A DNA stretch of 64,000 bases from Tubulanus polymorphus (GCF_964204645.1 NC_134025.1:31762788-31826787), one strand, 5' to 3'. Shown: positions 1 through 11,810, counted from the stretch's first letter. The notes: a model not told the origin generated them from the letters alone. Numbers and translations: made by a program.

Positions 1-125
1 GTCGAGATTTAAGTCCAAAAGTCACAAATCTTAAGACTGGTCTTAAGCTGTTAGATTAGCTATAGAACTAAGAGAGCCTTAGACTGGTCTTAAGTCTAAG
101 CCATGACTATGGAATTTGCCCCTGG
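1..125. mobile_element. MITE-like repeat fragment (related copy at ~9320-9448)
   Basis: Shared core GTTAGATT(A/G)..ATAGAA(C/T)TAAG with internal inverted AGACTGGTCTTAAG motifs. Confidence 0.4.
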
Positions 126-269
126 TGAGTGAGTAAAAACTAAGCCCTGGGAAGTGATTAAGCCATCTTTATTTTGTAAGTCCCAAGTTGTATTTCTAAT
201 TCAATTTACTAAGCATAATTCATTATCATATTGATCACCACAAATATAATGAGGAGTTCTAGCTGTATT

Positions 270-955
270 TATACTTACTTTGCGACGTGAATGAGTAGAA
301 CTGAGCCCTGGCGAGTGAGTTATACTTACTTTGCGACGTGAGTGAGTAGAACTGAGCCCTGGCGAGTGAGTTATACTTACTTTGCGACGCGAATGAGTAG
401 AACTGAGCCCTGGCGAGTGAGTTATACTTACTTTGCGACGCGAGTGAGTAGAACTGAGCCCTGGCGAGTGAGTTATACTTACTTTGCGACGCGAGTGAGT
501 AGAACTGAGCCCTGGCGAGTGAGTTATACTTACTTTGCGACGCGAGTGAGTAGAACTGAGCCCTGGCGAGTGAGTTATACTTACTTTGCGACGCGAGTGA
601 GTAGAACTGAGCCCTGGCGAGTGAGTTATACTTACTTTGCGACGCGAATGAGTAGAACTGAGCCCTGGCGAGTGAGTTATACTTACTTTGCGACGCGAGT
701 GAGTAGAACTGAGCCCTGGCGAGTGAGTTATACTTACTTTGCGACGCGAGTGAGTAGAACTGAGCCCTGGCGAGTGAGTTATACTTACTTTGCGACGCGA
801 ATGAGTAGAACTGAGCCCTGGCGAATGAGTTATACTTACTTTGCAACGCGAGTGAGTAGAACTGAGCCCTGGCGAGTGAGTTATACTTATTTTGCGACGC
901 GAGTGAGTAGAACTGAGCCCTGGCGAGTGAGTTATACTTACTTTGCGACGCGAGT
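270..955. repeat. 51-bp minisatellite, ~14 copies, includes BTBD9 exon end and 5' splice site
   Basis: Unit ATACTTACTTTGCGACGCGAGTGAGTAGAACTGAGCCCTGGCGAGTGAGTT; on the minus strand it contains GTCGCAAA|GTAAGTAT. Confidence 0.95.
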
Positions 956-3900
956 TGGAAAGTGTAATTTTTGCCAGGATCGACAGAAATATTTGGAATG
1001 ATCGACGATGCAAACCCAGTCTTTATTATCCATAGAACATTCAATATAATACGAGTAAGATCTGTAAAATATAAAACGCGTTCATCTAATTATTTCCTTT
1101 CAAATGAGTTAAATTCCCGGATCCAGTTGCACCGGGTGTAGGTTAACACTCAATGAGACTACTCACTGACCTCTGATCTCTATCCCACAATAACAATCTG
1201 ATAGTGTTTATAATATGTGGCTCCTTTAACTGAACGACTATTCCAGGATTAGCGCAAGATTCATCGATTAAATGTCGACTAAATCCCCGATCTAAATCAT
1301 ACGTCGTAACATCCTCGTCTAACAATGCAGATTTAATCTCACCGTGGATGACTTCAGCTCCGTGACGACTTGTGGCGACATTCTCATCACTTACTGTAAA
1401 TACAACAATAAACATCTCACTGATCCTCTTAAACCTCCCTCATCCCCTCCCCTTCCCCTTCATCCCCTCCCCCTCCCCTTCATCCCCTCCCCCTCCCCTT
1501 TATCCCCTCCCCCTCTTCATCCCCTCCCCTCCCCTTCAGCTCCTCCTCCTCTCGTGTCTCGATTCTCCCTGGAACCCCTGTATCTCCAGATTCTCCCTGG
1601 AACCCCTGTATCTCCAGATTCTCCCTGGAACCCCTGTATCTCCAGATTCTCCCTGGAACCCCTGAATCTCCAGATTCTCCCTGGAACCCCTGTATCTCCA
1701 AATTCTCCCCGGAACCCCTGTATCTCCAGATTCTCCCTGGAACCCCTGTATCTCCAGATTCTCCCTGGAACCCCTGTATCTCCAGATTCTCCCTGGAACC
1801 CCTGAATCTCCAGATTCTCCCTGGAACCCCTGTATCTCCAGATTCTCCCCGGAGCCCCTATATCTCCAGATTCTCCCCGGAACCCCTGTATCTCCAGATT
1901 CTCCCTGAAACCCCTGTATCTCCAGATTCTCCCTGGAACCCCTGTATCTCCAGATTCTCCCTGGAACCCCTGTATCTCCAGATTCTCCCTGGAACCCCTG
2001 AATCTCCAGATTCTCCCTGGAACCCCTGTATCTCCAGATTCTCCCTGGAACCCCTGTATCTCCAGATTCTCTCTGGAACCTACCTAAGATGCCTCTATAA
2101 CTGAGTTCCATATTTTTACATTTAGTTTTAGTTTGTATTGCATCTAGTAATGCGTCCGGTGAGACTAAAGTCGTCGGTCGAACTTTAGTAAGAATCTCGT
2201 CTAAATCCATCAGAGGTAAGCGTACACATTGAATAACTCGATCGCGCGGTAACTCGGGATTATTATCAGCCCAGTTACAAACAGCTGTGAATATATCATT
2301 CTCATTCGCATAAAACGAATCACGACGCACGATTTCATACAACGCATTCTGAAATATACAATATAGATGGAGCCACCGGTATCATAAACACTGTCCAACA
2401 GTTCCAGGCTGCAGTTGCTCAATAGTTTGTTAGTGATGAATGCAATTTCTTTTGTCGCTATATGACATTTATCTACAAGTAACTTTAATGCATTTTTGAG
2501 CAACTGCAGTTAATACAGCCCGGACTCTGACTGAGGGAGGAGGGGAGGGGGTGTAACAGCCCGGACTGTGACTGAGGGAGGAGGGGAGGGGGTGTAACAG
2601 CCCGGACTGTGATTGAGAGAGGAGGGGAGGGGGTGTAACAGCCCGGACTGTGATTGAGGGAGGAGGGGAGGGGGTGTAACAGCCCGGACTGTGACTGAGG
2701 GAGGAGGGGGTGTAACAGCCCGGACTGTGACTGAGGGAGGAGGGGAGGGGGTGTAACAGCCCGGACTGTGACTGAGGGAGGAAGGGAGGGGGTGTAACAG
2801 CCCGGACTGTGATTGAGGGAGGAGGGGAGGGGGTGTAACAGCCCGGACTGTGATTGAGGGAGGAGGGGGTGTAACAGATAGAATATAACTAACCTCTGTT
2901 AATGAAATGAAGCCATCTGATTGGATGATATGTTTAGCGTTAGAATCGATATGTTTTAAACATGTTGCCGATAGTGAATTCAGATTGTATAGATTCGCTA
3001 TATTATAAATCATACAAATATTTCTCAGATTTAAATTAGCTTTTAAATATTCTGAGATCGATGTTTCTAAATCTAGAAATCCGTACTGATGAACCAGATC
3101 TAAAACATCTAGAAGATTCTCTTCCTATAAAATATAAAACGATATTTATTTAATAAAACAGAGATTTCACGACAGTTTTAACCGAGATATTTCTATTACC
3201 TTCATGTTCGCCAGTTTTATTCTTCCTGTATAAATATATTTGAGTAATAATTGGAATGCAGTTGAAGAAGGAACTTGTAATTCTATTTCACGACAAGTCG
3301 GAGCTGATTCTTTTAAACCTCCGTAAAGTAGAGCCCTGAAAATATCATCAAATTTAAAACAGTTTCTCCATTTGTTATGACTAGAGTTTGAAGAATTCAT
3401 TAAATCAAACAGTGACCGGGTGCTTGGTTAGGATAAGGGTCAGTGACCCGGTGCTTGGTTAGGATAAGGGTCAGTGACCCGGTGCTTGGTTAGGATAAGG
3501 GTCAGTGACCCGGTGCTTGGTTAGGATAAGGGTCAGTGACCCGGTGCTTGGTTAGGATAAGGGTCAGTGACCCGGTGCTTGGTTAGGGTTAGGGTCAGTG
3601 ACCGGGTGCTTGGTTAGGATAAGGGTCAGTGACCCGGTGCTTGGTTAGGGTTAGGGTCAGTGACCGGGTGCTTGGTTAGGATAAGGGTCAGTGACCCGGC
3701 GCTTGGTTAGGGTTAGGGTCAGTGACCGGGTGCTTGGTTAGGATAAGGGTCAGTGACCCGGTGCTTGGTTAGGATAAGGGTCAGTGACCGGCGCCTCTTG
3801 TTACCTGAAATATTCAGATCTTGCGGCTAAAACAACTCTATGAACCGGGAATCGAGTTTGTTCTACTTTCAATACGAGATCGCTGTACTCTGTAGATTCT

Positions 3901-4004
3901 AATAAATTACTGAAATCTTCAGATAGATTCATCACATGATCGATAGAATCAACTCCAGCAGCTCCAGCTCCAGCTGATATTACTCCAGTTGAATTGTTAC
4001 TCAT
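942..4004 (-). CDS. BTBD9: BTB/POZ domain-containing protein 9 (BTB-BACK-discoidin), multi-exon, 3' part lies left of the window
   Basis: GT-AG exons in consistent phase at 4004-3805, 3335-3200, 3124-2894, 2348-2084, 1393-1171, 1061-942. BTB motif (YSDLVLKVEQTRFPVHRVVLAARSEYFRALLYGGLKES), BACK (RDSFYANENDIF..VRLPLM), then ENVATSRHGAEV..INTIRLLLWDRDQRSYSYYIECSMDNKDW..CRSWQKLHF, typical of BTBD9. Confidence 0.93.
1556..2080. repeat. 28-bp intronic minisatellite
   Basis: Unit GGAACCCCTGTATCTCCAGATTCTCCCT, ~18 copies, preceded by a C/T-rich tract at 1435-1550. Confidence 0.95.
2407..2508. mobile_element. Short MITE-like element
   Basis: Terminal inverted repeat CTGCAGTTGCTCAA ... TTGAGCAACTGCAG around ~75 bp. 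Confidence 0.45.
2515..2878. repeat. ~41-bp intronic minisatellite
   Basis: Unit GGGGGTGTAACAGCCCGGACTGTGACTGAGGGAGGAGGGGA, ~9 copies. Confidence 0.95.
3410..3790. repeat. 31-bp intronic minisatellite with telomere-like variant
   Basis: Unit CAGTGACCCGGTGCTTGGTTAGGATAAGGGT, ~12 copies; three copies read GGTTAGGGTTAGGGT. Confidence 0.95.
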
Positions 4005-4312
4005 TCTATAAAGAAACAAATACATCACATAACAGTCTCACATCCCCACCGGGGGGGGGGGGGGGGGGGAGGTGGTTGAGGACAGAGGGAGTCACGTGCG
4101 GGAACCCAGTAGTGACGACGCTACCCTAAACCTGAATGACTGATGGAGAGAGCCCATGAGCTATGTTATGTGATGTGGATAACTGTCAAATATCGGAATG
4201 GATGTTGTTGTTGGCGACGACTAGCCTAATCCTAGCTTGGGACTTGTTGGGTATCCTCAATCCTCTATCTACAATTGTAAAGTAGAATGCTTACTTTAAA
4301 CGGATACTTTCA

Positions 4313-5021
4313 CTCTCTCTCTCTCTTGCTGTTCTCTCTCTCTCTTGCTGTTCTCTCTCTCTCTCTCTCTTGCTGTTCTCTCTCTCTCTCTCTTGCTGTT
4401 CTCTCTCTCTTGCTGTTCTCTCTCTCTTGCTGTTCTCTCTCTCTTGCTGTTCTCTCTCTCTTGCTGTTCTCTCTCTCTCTCTCTTGCTGTTCTCTCTCTC
4501 TCTCTCTCTTGCTGTTCTCTCTCTCTTGCTGTTCTCTCTCTCTCTCTCTTGCTGTTCTCTCTCTCTTGCTGTTCTCTCTCTCTCTCTCTTGCTGTTCTCT
4601 CTCTCTTGCTGTTCTCTCTCTCTCTTGCTGTTCTCTCTCTCTCTCTCTCTTGCTGTTCTCTCTCTCTTGCTGTTCTCTCTCTCTCTCTCTTGCTGTTCTC
4701 TCTCTCTTGCTGTTCTCTCTCTCTCTCTCTTGCTGTTCTCTCTCTCTTGCTGTTCTCTCTCTCTTGCTGTTCTCTCTCTCTTGCTGTTCTCTCTCTCTCT
4801 CTCTCTTGCTGTTCTCTCTCTCTTGCTGTTCTCTCTCTCTTGCTGTTCTCTCTCTCTCTCTCTCTCTCTTGCTGTTCTCTCTCTCTTGCTGTTCTCTCTC
4901 TATTGCTGTTCTCTCTCTCTCTTGCTGTTCTCTCTCTCTTGCTGTTCTCTCTCTCTTGCTGTTCTCTCTCTCTTGCTGTTCTCTCTCTCTCTCTCTCTCT
5001 TGCTGTTCTCTCTCTCTTGCT

Positions 5022-5066
<45 letters not shown>

Positions 5067-5248
5067 CTGTTCTCTCTCTCTTGCTGTTCTCTCTCTCTTG
5101 CTGTTCTCTCTCTCTCTTGCTGTTCTCTCTCTCTTGCTGTACTCTCTCTCTTGCTGTTCTCTCTCTCTTGCTGTTCTCTCTCTCTCTCTCTTGCTGTTCT
5201 CTCTCTCTTGCTGTTCTCTCTCTCTTGCTGTTCTCTCTCTCTCTTGCT

Positions 5249-5305
<57 letters not shown>

Positions 5306-5475
5306 CTGTTCTCTCTCTCTTGCTGTTCTCTCTCTCTTGCTGTTCTCTCTCTCTCTTGCTGTTCTCTCTCTCTTGCTGTTCTCTCTCTCTTGCTGTTCTC
5401 TCTCTCTCTTGCTGTTCTCTCTCTCTCTCTTGCTGTTCTCTCTCTCTTGCTGTTCTCTCTCTCTTGTTGTTCTCT
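4313..5475. repeat. Compound (CT)n-TGCTGT microsatellite
   Basis: ~1.15 kb of (CT)n runs punctuated by TTGCTGTT, upstream of the BTBD9 ATG exon (likely a 5' UTR intron). Confidence 0.97.
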
Positions 5476-6378
5476 GTTTTTTCTCACATTTTTCACAACT
5501 CAACAAGAGATGTCAACATCGATTCTCGAGTTGTTGCGGCCGGTCCGTTGAGAGTATTAACTGCCCTCCTAGCAGGCAATTCTTTACGTTTTATTTTCAC
5601 GATTTCATGCAGATAAAATGATATCATGATCGAATAAATGCATATAAAAATGATGTATGGTGTAAATTATTTGAAAGTATCAAAATTAATTAATATTTTG
5701 GTCGGTATACTTTGGTAAATATTGCGTGCTTGGTACGGACTTATTTCTAACCACCAATGGCTGGTTTGCTATGTATAAACACAAAACGATTTACACAGTG
5801 TGAATCTCGGGTCGCGGGTCGGGTACCGGATACTACCGGGCGTGGACTCAGATACGACTCAAGAACAATGATCACATATTGATGAAATAGACGTTAGATA
5901 TGTCGGTGGTCAACTGGGTCTGAAGTAAAGAGATCGGTTCCGGTCGGTCGGGAGCGCGGCCCAGTAACTGTGTCACGGGCACACACCAAGGGCCCAAACG
6001 CTGGGACCAGCAGGTCGCAGTATAATTCTGGCTATGAGCATTTTTCTGCATACATACATAAGATGATATTTATATTGTTGATTGCAATGGAATTCATTTG
6101 TGTCACATAAAGAAATGTTTCAAAATCAATTGCATTCAATTAATTTTCCCCTGGGGACCTAAGTCTACTGAACCCTGGCACACTTGGTGATTCTAACGGG
6201 CAAGGAAGCCCAGTCAGATTCCCAGAATGCATAGAAAAACTCAAACATCCTCTTCCAGGTCAGGAAAATCGCTCTTCTATCAACAGTAATTATGCACCAT
6301 TGTGATGGGTGCCACGCCTGATTGGTCACCAGTCACCCATACTGACCAGACAAACTTACAAACCTGGGCAGTCACCAG

Positions 6379-6508
6379 AACTCTATGGTTTAGTGGTAGA
6401 CACTCTGGCTTTGCACTTGAGAGACCCGAGTTCGAGTCTCAGCCGAGCTAGGGTTAGGGTTATTGTGGAGCTAGGGTTAGGGTTACTAATCTCCTAGGGT
6501 TAGGGTTA
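6379..6508 (+). mobile_element. tRNA(Ala)-like Pol III element followed by three spaced telomeric blocks
   Basis: A box TGGTTTAGTGG, anticodon-like TTTGCAC, B box GAGTTCGAGTC, then CTAGGGTTAGGGTTA at 6448, 6471 and 6494. Confidence 0.6.
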
Positions 6509-7216
6509 TGCTGCTGATACCAATGTTAATATTTTTATCTATTTTATAAGTAATTGAAACATCTTAAATTACAGGACCAGAATCCAAGTTGTATGTTAGT
6601 TTATATTGATGTTAATTATGTAATTTTGAAGGCGATTTTGTGAAATATCACGTTCAGATATGTGAGATTTGTGAGATAACGACTAAACTGTCAATATATC
6701 ATCATTCTTACTCCGGATATGAGTTTATTTTAAATCTGATAAAAATTGCTGTTATTTGCGCTAAAAATTGAATCGCATTCAAATATTTAAACTCTGTCAT
6801 CCATCATAGTCATCAGCTCCCTCACATAGGCAGACAGACAGACAGGCGGGCTGTCAGGGCAGGCAGGTAGGTGGGCAGGTAAACAGACAGGCTAGTGGGC
6901 AGCAGTCAGACAGACAAGCGATTGGATGGACAGCAGGCAGCGGGAAACAAGGCAGGCTATAAGGATACCGGCAACCCAACGACCAATATCAAACTTAATA
7001 CTATGATAGGTGGTGTGACGTCAGAGGTGTCTGATTTTCAGAAAACTTTATCAGTGACAGAAATGAATGAAGTTTTTTAATCAAATCAAACAATTTCAAA
7101 CAAACAGAGAATTTTTTAAAATCCGGTGTGAATTAAAAACAGATTTCATTTTCCCAAACAATTCATCGGTGTCTATTTAAACAGAATATTCTAATCGTCT
7201 GCTCCTACCTGTTACC

Positions 7217-8224
7217 ATGACGGCGGTACCGGTAATTACTCGGGTGATATTAATTGTTTTAACGGTTATTATTCATTACTCGAGCTGTTCTGGTAAGATA
7301 GTTTTACTCCCGCTGATAAATCATAAAACTAATATTCAAATTAAGGGCTTATCACGTGATCATTAACTTTTTAGAGCGTCAAACAATCAAAATTCATGAC
7401 GTCACAAAACGCGATATTTCGGGATCGGCGTCGGAATTACACCCGGAAACGTTAGCGTTTAGACTGGAGTTTCCAGCAGCCGATGATGCTGTATTGTTGC
7501 ACTTGATTCGTCGTGATTCAGTGAATTCTAAAGCTCCAGTTTTTGTTACTGATAAGGGTAAAATACATCGAATCAATGTCACCAGAAGGGTAAGCCTGAC
7601 CCATAAATAGATTCTTCAAATAACTAATTGTTATATATGATTTGACGTTGATTCTATTCCATTGTTGCAGAATTCAGAGACGTATCAATCAATGGATAGA
7701 CGTGCCGCTGTTACCGTGACGACCAAATCATTGTCTAACGGTCGCGTTTATAGAAGTCTCGTAAGTATCACGTGACTATGCGCATCACGTGCGCTATATA
7801 ATGATTCCGGGGGAGTATTTAAATACGGGAGTATATTTTAGGCGGGGATTATGGATTTACACGGCGATGGAACGGAATATTTAATAGAAGTGTCTGAAGA
7901 GAATAAAAAGAGAGAAATCCAAGATGGCGGCGTTACTCATTACGTCACAAAACGTCTCGTTAAATCAGTCGCTTTTGAAGGTAATTAACATATGATTAAC
8001 ATATAATTAACATATCAAACTAATAAAATTCGTTTACCTAATTATTAAATACTCTTTTTAGACGATGAGCTGGTCGGCATGGTAACGAAAACATCGTCTG
8101 TACAAAAACGGGCACCTGTTAAATATGGCGTCGAACTTTTAGCTGTTATTGATTTTTCCACATTTACTTAGTATGTAAATTAGTGAGTAATTATCTACCA
8201 ATAGAAACAATTCATTAATTCGAG

Positions 8225-8258
<34 letters not shown>

Positions 8259-10825
8259 TTCAGCTGGAAAGGTGACATGGCTAAAATAACGGAATATTTC
8301 GCGCAAGTTGTAAACGGTGTAAGTATTAGTGTAAGGGTCGAGAACGCGAAATGAGAAACAATGTTTCAAGCCTGAATTCTGTTATAGATTGATATGTTGT
8401 ATGGAAACATCAATCCACGTGATCTATCTATATATGTGAGGTTAGCAGGATTCTACATCGCGCGGGTAAATATCATCTCATCATCATCCGTCTCATCATC
8501 ATCATCCGTATCATCATCATCCGTCTCAACATCATCATCCGTCTCAACATCATCATCCGTCTCAACATCAATCGATTCATTTAATAAAAATCAGAAATTA
8601 TTTCACGATGTTTCTAGTCAGCTGGTGATTCTAAATGGACTGATGGTTCCCCGAGTCGACAGAGATCGAAACCCAGGGATATCGTGGATGCCCAGAAAGC
8701 CTTAGATGACCTGGTGAACTGGGCCGGCAAACAAACAGGTTTACCTAATAAAGATCATACCATGTTATTCACCGTGTAAGTGCATTATGAATTATTTACT
8801 ATTTATCGTGTATGATGATTGATTATTATTATTATTATTAAGATAATTATTTTCATATTTGTATAGAATGGATATCCATCATAACGGCCAGCTTGGCACT
8901 GCAGGTAAATATTACACAATACTCGAGATCCGGTGTGGAATTATCCGAGGCCCCTGGATCGGCCCCTGCTGATGGCATCAGCTCGACTGAGGGTGCCGAG
9001 TCTAAGGATACCATCCAGCAGGCAGATCCCTGCCGATGAAGGATGGTGTGGTGTACATTTCATCTGTTAGTTCAATGATGAACACTAGGGGTCGCTGGCC
9101 GTCTTTATATTTATTGATTTATCCTAATATAGGTTTAGCGTATACTGGAGCTATCTGCGAAAGACAAGCCGGATCTGTAGTAGAATCACACGGTGGTTTC
9201 AGTTCTATAACAACTGGTGCTCATGAGTTAGGACATAGGTACTAAACACTCCCCAAAACCCAAACCCACCCCCTCCAATGCGCCACCTTTCGCCAGTTAA
9301 ACGTGCTGAACAATGAACCAGGGCCAAGTTGCAAAATCGTGACTTAAAACTGATCTGAAATCTGAAGTTGTTAGATTGACAATAGAATTAAGATGGTGTT
9401 AGACAACACGTGGTCCTAAATCTAATCCATAACCGAGCAACTGGTTCGTAGATAGTAGATCTGAGTGACGTCACTCAATATATTTCGGCTTTCCGTTCCT
9501 CGGTTCTGTTTCAAATCGCTCTCAATTTCATATTTCAAATTCACACGTTTTTCTTTACATTTGATGATAATTGATAATGATAGTTTGGGTTCCGGTCACG
9601 ACGGAGTAGGAAATAACTGTCAACCTTCAGCGCAGAATATAATGTCGGCTTCAGGGGGAAGAGTAGATGATCAAACTAAAATCAACCCCTATCATTTCTC
9701 TTCCTGCTCCATTCAACAATTCAAAAATCACATCAATTCATTGGGAGGAAGGTAAGAGACATCAATTACATCAATTAGACATGATTTATGAATAGATAAT
9801 TGATGTAATATCGATGTAACTTCAGGAATTGTTTAAAGAATGTGGCAACTCACACGAAATCAATCGATTTCAAAAAGAAGACATCAGAAATGCCCGGACA
9901 ATTATACGACCCGGATACTCAGTGTAAACAGATATATGGTCCGGATTCGGGATATTGCGCGGTGAGTAGCGCCACCTATAGGTCAATCACACATACCACA
10001 CACTCAACTCTGCAGTGATTTGATTTATTTTGTTTTCAGAGTAAATTGAATGAGATGTGTTATCATCTGTGGTGCACGTCACCAGGAGGAGGATGTACGA
10101 CTAAATATAACGCGGCTGCCGCTGGTTCTTCCTGTGGTAATCAGAAGGTTCGTCGCTATGACGTCACTGCGGGTGCAGAGCTTTATTTCTGAGATCCCTC
10201 AAATTATCGAATGAATTTGTATATGATATATTTCAGTGGTGCGTGAAGGGAAGCTGTGTAAAGGATAGCAAAGCACCAAAAATGGATGGTAATTTGGGAT
10301 GATCGATGGTATACTGTAGTATCGACCTTTGTGTAACTGTATGTGATGTATTTGTTGTAATTATAGAGTCGTGTATGTTCGGTGATTCTAAAACAGTGAA
10401 TATAAACGGTGTCGGAACCGTTCAATGCGCTTCATTTATCAAAAATGACCCGACTCATTGTTACAGTGACGGAATTAGACAAGCTTGTTGTGGTTCATGT
10501 GGTAAATTAGCGAATAAATCGAACCCAGGTAAATAGATCATCAACTATTCCTCTTCCTAGCCGCTGCCGCTGCCGCTGCCGCTGCCGCTGCCGCTGCTGC
10601 TGCCGCTGCCGCTGCTGCTGCTGTTACTCTGAGTTTATATGTTCAATTTTGTAGCGTGTATGTGGGGAGATAAAGCGAAAGGATGCACCAAAAATGCATG
10701 TCGTGTTCCTAGTAATATCCCAGTAAGTATAATCTACATCGTTAGTCCCGGGTTCGAATCCATCGCGATATTCACCTGCACTTATATCTGTCTATTTTCA
10801 GTTGTGCTGTCAAACCTGTGCCTAA
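7217..10825 (+). CDS. Secreted M12B (reprolysin/ADAMTS-like) zinc metalloprotease, about 17 exons, no TSP1 repeats
   Basis: Signal peptide MTAVPVITRVILIVLTVIIHYSSCS, prodomain ending VQKR, VELLAVID, DHTMLFT, GLAYTGAIC. Zinc motif HELGHSLGSGHD is split by the intron at ~9239-9582. Met-turn NIMS, ADAMTS disintegrin-like PGQLYDPDTQCKQIYG..LWC..GSSCGNQKWCVKGSC, two C-terminal Cys modules; last exon 10802-10825 LCCQTCA* followed by AATAAA signals. Confidence 0.9.
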
Positions 10826-10901
10826 TAAAATCACTTGTTAACTGCAAAACAGTAAATAAATATTTAATAAAGCGCTCGGTTTTATGAGTTTTAATCGTCG
10901 A

Positions 10902-11810
10902 CGAGTTGAGGAGAGGGAGTTGTGAAGGAGTCGAGTTGAGGAGAGGGAGTTGTGAAGGAATCGAGTTGAGGAGAGGGAGTTGTGAAGGAGTCGAGTTGAG
11001 GAGAGGGAGTTGTGAAGGAATCGAGTTGAGGAGAGGGAGTTGTGAAGGAATCGAGTTGAGGAGAGGGAGTTGTGAAGGAGTCGAGTTGAGGAGAGGGAGT
11101 TGTGAAGGAGTCGAGTTGAGGAGAGGGAGTTGTGAAGGAGTCGAGTTGAGGAGAGGGAGTTGTGAAGGAATCGAGTTGAGGAGAGGGAGTTGTGAAGGAG
11201 TCGAGTTGAGGAGAGGGAGTTGTGAAGGAGTCGAGTTGAGGAGAGGGAGTTGTGAAGGAGTCGAGTTGAGGAGAGGGAGTTGTGAAGGAATCGAGTTGAG
11301 GAGAGGGAGTTGTGAAGGAGTCGAGTTGAGGAGAGGGAGTTGTGAAGGAGTCGAGTTGAGGAGAGGGAGTTGTGAAGGAATCGAGTTGAGGAGAGGGAGT
11401 TGTGAAGGAATCGAGTTGAGGAGAGGGAGTTGTGAAGGAGTCGAGTTGAGGAGAGGGAGTTGTGAAGGAGTCGAGTTGAGGAGAGGGAGTTGTGAAGGAG
11501 TCGAGTTGAGGAGAGGGAGTTGTGAAGGAGTCGAGTTGAGGAGAGGGAGTTGTGAAGGAGTCGAGTTGAGGAGAGGGAGTTGTGAAGGAGTCGAGTTGAG
11601 GAGAGGGAGTTGTGAAGGAGTCGAGTTGAGGAGAGGGAGTTGTGAAGGAATCGAGTTGAGGAGAGGGAGTTGTGAAGGAGTCGAGTTGAGGAGAGGGAGT
11701 TGTGAAGGAGTCGAGTTGAGGAGAGGGAGTTGTGAAGGAGTCGAGTTGAGGAGAGGGAGTTGTGAAGGAGTCGAGTTGAGGAGAGGGAGTTGTGAAGGAG
11801 TCGAGTTGAG
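10902..11810. repeat. 30-bp intergenic minisatellite, ~30 copies
   Basis: Unit CGAGTTGAGGAGAGGGAGTTGTGAAGGA(G/A)T, with essentially one variable position. Confidence 0.97.

Noticed and set aside
201-1044. Long ORFs of 219-270 aa on both strands
   Set aside because: Translations of the 51-bp minisatellite; only 1061-942 is a real exon, in another frame.
1536-2083. Collagen-like GFQGESGDTGVPG extension of the BTBD9 ORF
   Set aside because: Read-through into a 28-bp intronic repeat past the donor at 2083; the frame cycles every unit.
4287-5621. Leu/Ser-rich and Arg/Glu-rich ORFs
   Set aside because: (CT)n microsatellite translations.
6379-6450. Functional tRNA-Ala gene (also 39343, 50739, 62141)
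   Set aside because: Acceptor and anticodon stems are mismatched or partly deleted and no oligo-T terminator follows.
6448-6508. CRISPR array or telomerase RNA template
   Set aside because: Eukaryotic context, no cas genes, and 15-nt repeats with 8-nt spacers are far too short; the Pol III sense strand carries UUAGGG, not the CCCUAA template.
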